In this document: in pieces, positions 59,356-64,000 of the stretch
Layout: every line of letters begins with the position of its first letter
How positions within the stretch are numbered: the stretch's first letter is position 1
Assembly (NCBI RefSeq): GCF_001194135.2
Contig: NC_068992.1
Location: 49,935,555 to 49,999,554 of the forward strand
From: Octopus bimaculoides
Taxonomy: Eukaryota
Length of the DNA: 64,000 bases
Reading direction: 5' to 3'
Notes under the pieces: generated by a model
Database searches by the model: none
What the model was told of the DNA's origin: nothing
The model's input: only the letters and a program-made list of their open reading frames with translations
Made by a program: the position numbers and the translations under genes

Positions 59356-61246
59356 GAACACAGAAAGAAACAAGGTGAGAAACAAGGAGAAAAAACATAT
59401 AAATGTAGTGGTCAGCAATCTATTATGGCGAATGCCGGACAGAAGGATCACACAGGAGAGCTAAGAAAAAAGGGAGATGTGCATGTAGGTATATAAGTGT
59501 ATATGTGTATGTATGGATGAGTGCGTGTCAGGGTCTCCTTATCTTGACAGCATCAAACTGTTGTAAATGAGTGTCACCATTATACAAGTGGTATCGTGGA
59601 AGCATGTCTGGGCATGGGGAAATATTATCTTGCTTGGAAACAGATGAAGGTTGGCATCAGGAAGGACATCTGTCTATAGAAAATCTGTTCCAACACATTC
59701 TGGTTGAGCCACCACCACCACCACCCTCACAGCCTCAATTTGCTACCCCCCCCCCACCACAATCTAGCAATCAACCCATCCCCCCCACANNNNNNNNNNN
59801 NNNNNNNNNNNNNNNNNNNNNNNNNNNNNNNNNNNNNNNNNNNNNNNNNNNNNNNNNNNNNNNNNNNNNNNNNNNNNNNNNNNNNNNNNNNNNNNNNNNN
59901 NNNNNNNNNNNNNNNNNNNNNNNNNNNNNNNNNNNNNNNNNNNNNNNNNNNNNNNNNNNNNNNNNNNNNNNNNNNNNNNNNNNNNNNNNNNNNNNNNNNN
60001 NNNNNNNNNNNNNNNNNNNNNNNNNNNNNNNNNNNNNNNNNNNNNNNNNNNNNNNNNNNNNNNNNNNNNNNNNNNNNNNNNNNNNNNNNNNNNNNNNNNN
60101 NNNNNNNNNNNNNNNNNNNNNNNNNNNNNNNNNNNNNNNNNNNNNNNNNNNNNNNNNNNNNNNNNNNNNNNNNNNNNNNNNNNNNNNNNNNNNNNNNNNN
60201 NNNNNNNNNNNNNNNNNNNNNNNNNNNNNNNNNNNNNNNNNNNNNNNNNNNNNNNNNNNNNNNNNNNNNNNNNNNNNNNNNNNNNNNNNNNNTGTTTATT
60301 AACTTTCAGCTTTCTTTATCAAAAAACAAACAAAAATGTATTGATTGGAATAATTACATGCTGAGTGATGGGAGTGGGTGGGATGGAGTGTTAGTAATGG
60401 TGAAAGAAAAGGAGAGGGTTCAGATGTAATGATGGTGGTGGAATGGGTCAAAAAACACTTGTTATCTTTAAATGTAGGAGATACTAAAGAACTGATAACA
60501 GTGATTCAAAGATAACAGTCATGATTCACACACACACACAGAGTGCGAGGGTGGTGGCAAAGGTAACTAAGGTTACAGTGTGGGAATTGTACTTGCTGAT
60601 AAATAAGGGTGGAAAATTTGTCTGGTCCAAACTAATTAATCCAACTCACTCCTAAGATTTTGTATTTGGTTTGCAAGATTTTTCTACATAAACCAGTGTG
60701 TTGTGACAGATTTTGTTACATTTTTAGGAGGGTCATAATGTCAATAGCAAAAACATGCACTGGTTCTATTTCACTTCTTTTATTATTATCATTATTAAGG
60801 TAGCAAGCTAACAGAATTGTTAGCATCCTGGGCAAATTTTGTCTGTCTTTAAGTTCTGAGTTCAAATCCCATGAAAGTTGACTTTGCTTTCATCCTTTCA
60901 GGGTCAATAAATTAAGTACCAGTGAAACACTGGGATCAGTGTAATCAACTAGTATTGAGCAGAATATTTACTGTAGCCCATCTTTTACATCAAGACAAAA
61001 CATGGACATGATAACACTTCTAATCAGTTAAGATCAGAAGCCATGAGAGCCACTGCCTGGTACTGCATCAGGGCATTTATAATAATTATTATTATTATCA
61101 TTATCATTATTATTACTATAATTATTATAACATTGTTATGTGATGGCAGGAACTGCAGAGCTCTGAACTAAATTAGTTACCTTGCAGTATATAATTTCAT
61201 CTCTGCTTCTTGGATTTCACCTTAAATTTGACTTGAGTTAATTGTC

Positions 61247-61300
<54 letters not shown>

Positions 61301-64000
61301 ACGAGAGACAAGCAAAAGGATGGAAGAGAGTAATTGGACAATGTCACCAACCTACCTACCTACTGAAAGTGCGTAGGTTCATATCCCAATGAAAGTAAAA
61401 TATATATAAAAAAGAAAATCATTAATGTCTGGAAAAGAATCAATTGTTACTGTTAAGTGAGTGGGCAGAAGTGAGATGTTTAGATTCATTTTTATTTTCC
61501 AAAACTACGATAATAATAGTGTTTTGAATTGAATAAAACTAGTTGATTTTTGTGTTCTGTGTTTTTTTCTTTTTTCTTTTTTGTTCATTCTAGAATTGAG
61601 TTGTTTTATCAATGAAAAACAGTCTGTTACTGGCATCCATATATTTCTTTCAAATGAACTGATGAGATGGGGGGAATAACAGCTAGGTGCAATATGGCAC
61701 CAATAGTAAGGGAATAGTTACATAAAGATAACGGTAATGGTTCATAAGGAATCACCTGTAATGCGAGGAAGGAAGAATTAATACAGTAAGATGGACACTC
61801 AAGTGGAGACCCCTTAGCTGTTGTTACCCTAACCACCAAAGGTCAAGTCTGATCCAGTAGACCAATGGTTCTGGCAATGCTGACCTTCCTATCCTTTTTA
61901 GGGTATGATCATATTTGAGTGAGGGCATGTGGCCTACTGGTTAGGGTGTTGTACTCTTGATTGCAAGATCATAGTTTCAGTTCCTAGACTAAGCAGTACA
62001 TCGTGTTCCTGAGCACTTCATTTCATATTGCTCTGCGATCCCTTTGACTACTGACACACCATGAACATCATCATCATCATCGTTTAACGTCTGCTTTCCA
62101 TGCTAGCATGGGTTGGACGATTTGACTGAGGATTGGTGAAACCAGGTGGCTACACCAGGCTCCAATCTGATTTGGCAGAGTTTCTACAGCTGGATGCCCT
62201 TCCTAACGCCAACCACTCCGAGAGTGTAGTGGGTGCTTTTACGTGTCACCCGCATGAAGGCCAGTCAGGAGGTACTGGCAACGACCATGCTCAAAATGGT
62301 GTATTTTACATGCCACCTGCACACACAACACAAACATTTAATCACTATAAACAAGTCGTCTGTGCAGGTTGTTCAGCAAGAAATTGCTGAACTTGGACTT
62401 GAGAGACTTCCAATTGTTTTAAAGAAGATGATTATGACATTTTAACAACTGGTTTTACAACTGGATGCCCTTCCTACTACGAACCATTCATTTATTACAA
62501 CATCATCATCATCGTCATCATTCTTTTAATGTCCACTTTTCTGTGTTTGTATGGGTCAGGCAGAATTTTTTGAGGCAGATTTTCAATGGGTGGGTGCCCT
62601 TCCTGTTGCCAACCCTAGTTTGTTTCCATTGAAATTAAATATTTCCCTACAATTAGACATGTTTTCATGAAAGATTGGAATTAATTGGCACTATTTGTAT
62701 GGTAGTAAAATGCTCATTTACAACTTACATGTGATGTCAAGACGAGGAGGTACAAACATACAAACACACACACACAAGTATGTGTATGTGTGCGTATGTG
62801 ATGAACTTCTTTCAGTCTCTGTTTATCAAATCCACTCACAAGGTTTTGATTGACCTGGGGCTGTAGTAGAAAATGCCACGGAGTAAGACTGAACCTAAAA
62901 CCACATGGTTAGGAAGCAAACTTTTTAACTACACAGCCATGCCTGTGCTTCACGCAGGTGTGAAATCATTTTTGATCTTATTTTTCAGGTCAACAAATTC
63001 GGAAATAAATTTACGTGACTTGCACAATGAGGTGTACTATAACTTAAACTGATCCCAACTTATTTGACAAACTCCAGAAGGATGAAAAGCATAAAATCAA
63101 CCTTAATGGTATTTGAATCCCAAGGATAAAACAGACGTTAAACAACATAGCAATGGCAGCTATAGAGAAGAAACTACACCCATGAAACCACAGTACAGCT
63201 GTTGTATATGATATTGATTGATATGGTGTATATTTAATATATAATTCACAAAGCTATACCTAATTTGCATATTGATGTTGATACTATTTTTTTCTTACAA
63301 CTGCTAACTATTTTTTAGTGGTTGTTGAACTAACACTAACATAGCGAATCAAATCAGTTCTTGTGTCAAGCAGGATGTATTTTCTCCATAGCTTACAAGC
63401 TGTTTCTTCTCAGATTCACAATGAATTATTAAACTCTGATAATAACTTTAGAGAATTCAAAATGTTACAATAGCAATAAGATTATAATTTGACAGATTAA
63501 TTAATAACCATCACAGTTACCAGCGCCACCTTTGTCTTTATGCCCTCTTTTACCATGTTGGCATGGACTGAATAAAAACTACATGAGGCAATTTTCCTAT
63601 GGTTAGTTGCCCTTTCCTGTCACCAAATCCATGAAATTTAGAGTTATTCTACTGGTTTTCATACATTGAGATCAATGAAACCATAGAGTGATAAGGTATA
63701 TCGTTTACAAGAAATTTAAACATGCATTACCGTTCTTTTTTCTTTTGCTCAAATGGTTACAAGCAGATGATAAACACATGTTCACATGTGATCTAATTTC
63801 ACAGTGGACTAAATACTTATAGATATTAGTCAAATGTCATCATCATCATCATTTTAAAATCGAGTTTGCCAAGCTTGAGAAAGAGAGAAGATGGTGACAA
63901 TGTGTCAAGATGTAAACTAAAGGTACAAGGAAGTGAATGTATGTGGATTGGACAGGGTGAGTGAGCAGCGAGTTCATGAGAGTGCAAAGGAAGACAGAAG

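Noticed and set aside
60612-60630. U7-like Sm site AATTTGTCTGG
   Set aside because: No downstream hairpin or histone-downstream-element complement.
58695-64000. DAPK1 kinase/CaM-binding exons
   Set aside because: No convincing exon found; candidates near 62340-62450 and 63000-63060 lack splice sites or lie in degenerate repeats.

Overview
AT-rich, repeat-dense eukaryotic DNA with several N gaps; the SINE/microsatellite landscape is of the type seen in octopus (cephalopod) genomes (inference). Two spliced protein-coding genes can be reconstructed on the minus strand with GT-AG junctions and consistent phases. (1) A complete MRG15/MORF4L1 gene (ATG 18851, stop 2005; 12 core exons, 319 aa), plus an extra in-frame 255-nt exon at 9743-9997 with no counterpart in human MRG15. 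(2) The 3' two thirds of a DAPK1 orthologue (ankyrin repeats, ROC-COR, death domain; 15 exons between 58694 and 29901); the kinase exons were not found and presumably lie beyond 64000. The rest is SINEs, LINE fragments (RTE-like, Dong/R4, HERO-like), a decayed Tigger/pogo transposon, a probable solo LTR, several MITEs and microsatellites. Most interesting: the MRG15 cassette exon, a 207-bp foldback element with an 8-bp TSD carrying opposed telomeric repeats near the MRG15 promoter, a dispersed family of Penelope-type hammerhead-like motifs with covarying stems, and a 224-bp spacer-less palindrome in an MRG15 intron. No CRISPR, rRNA or genuine tRNA gene was seen.
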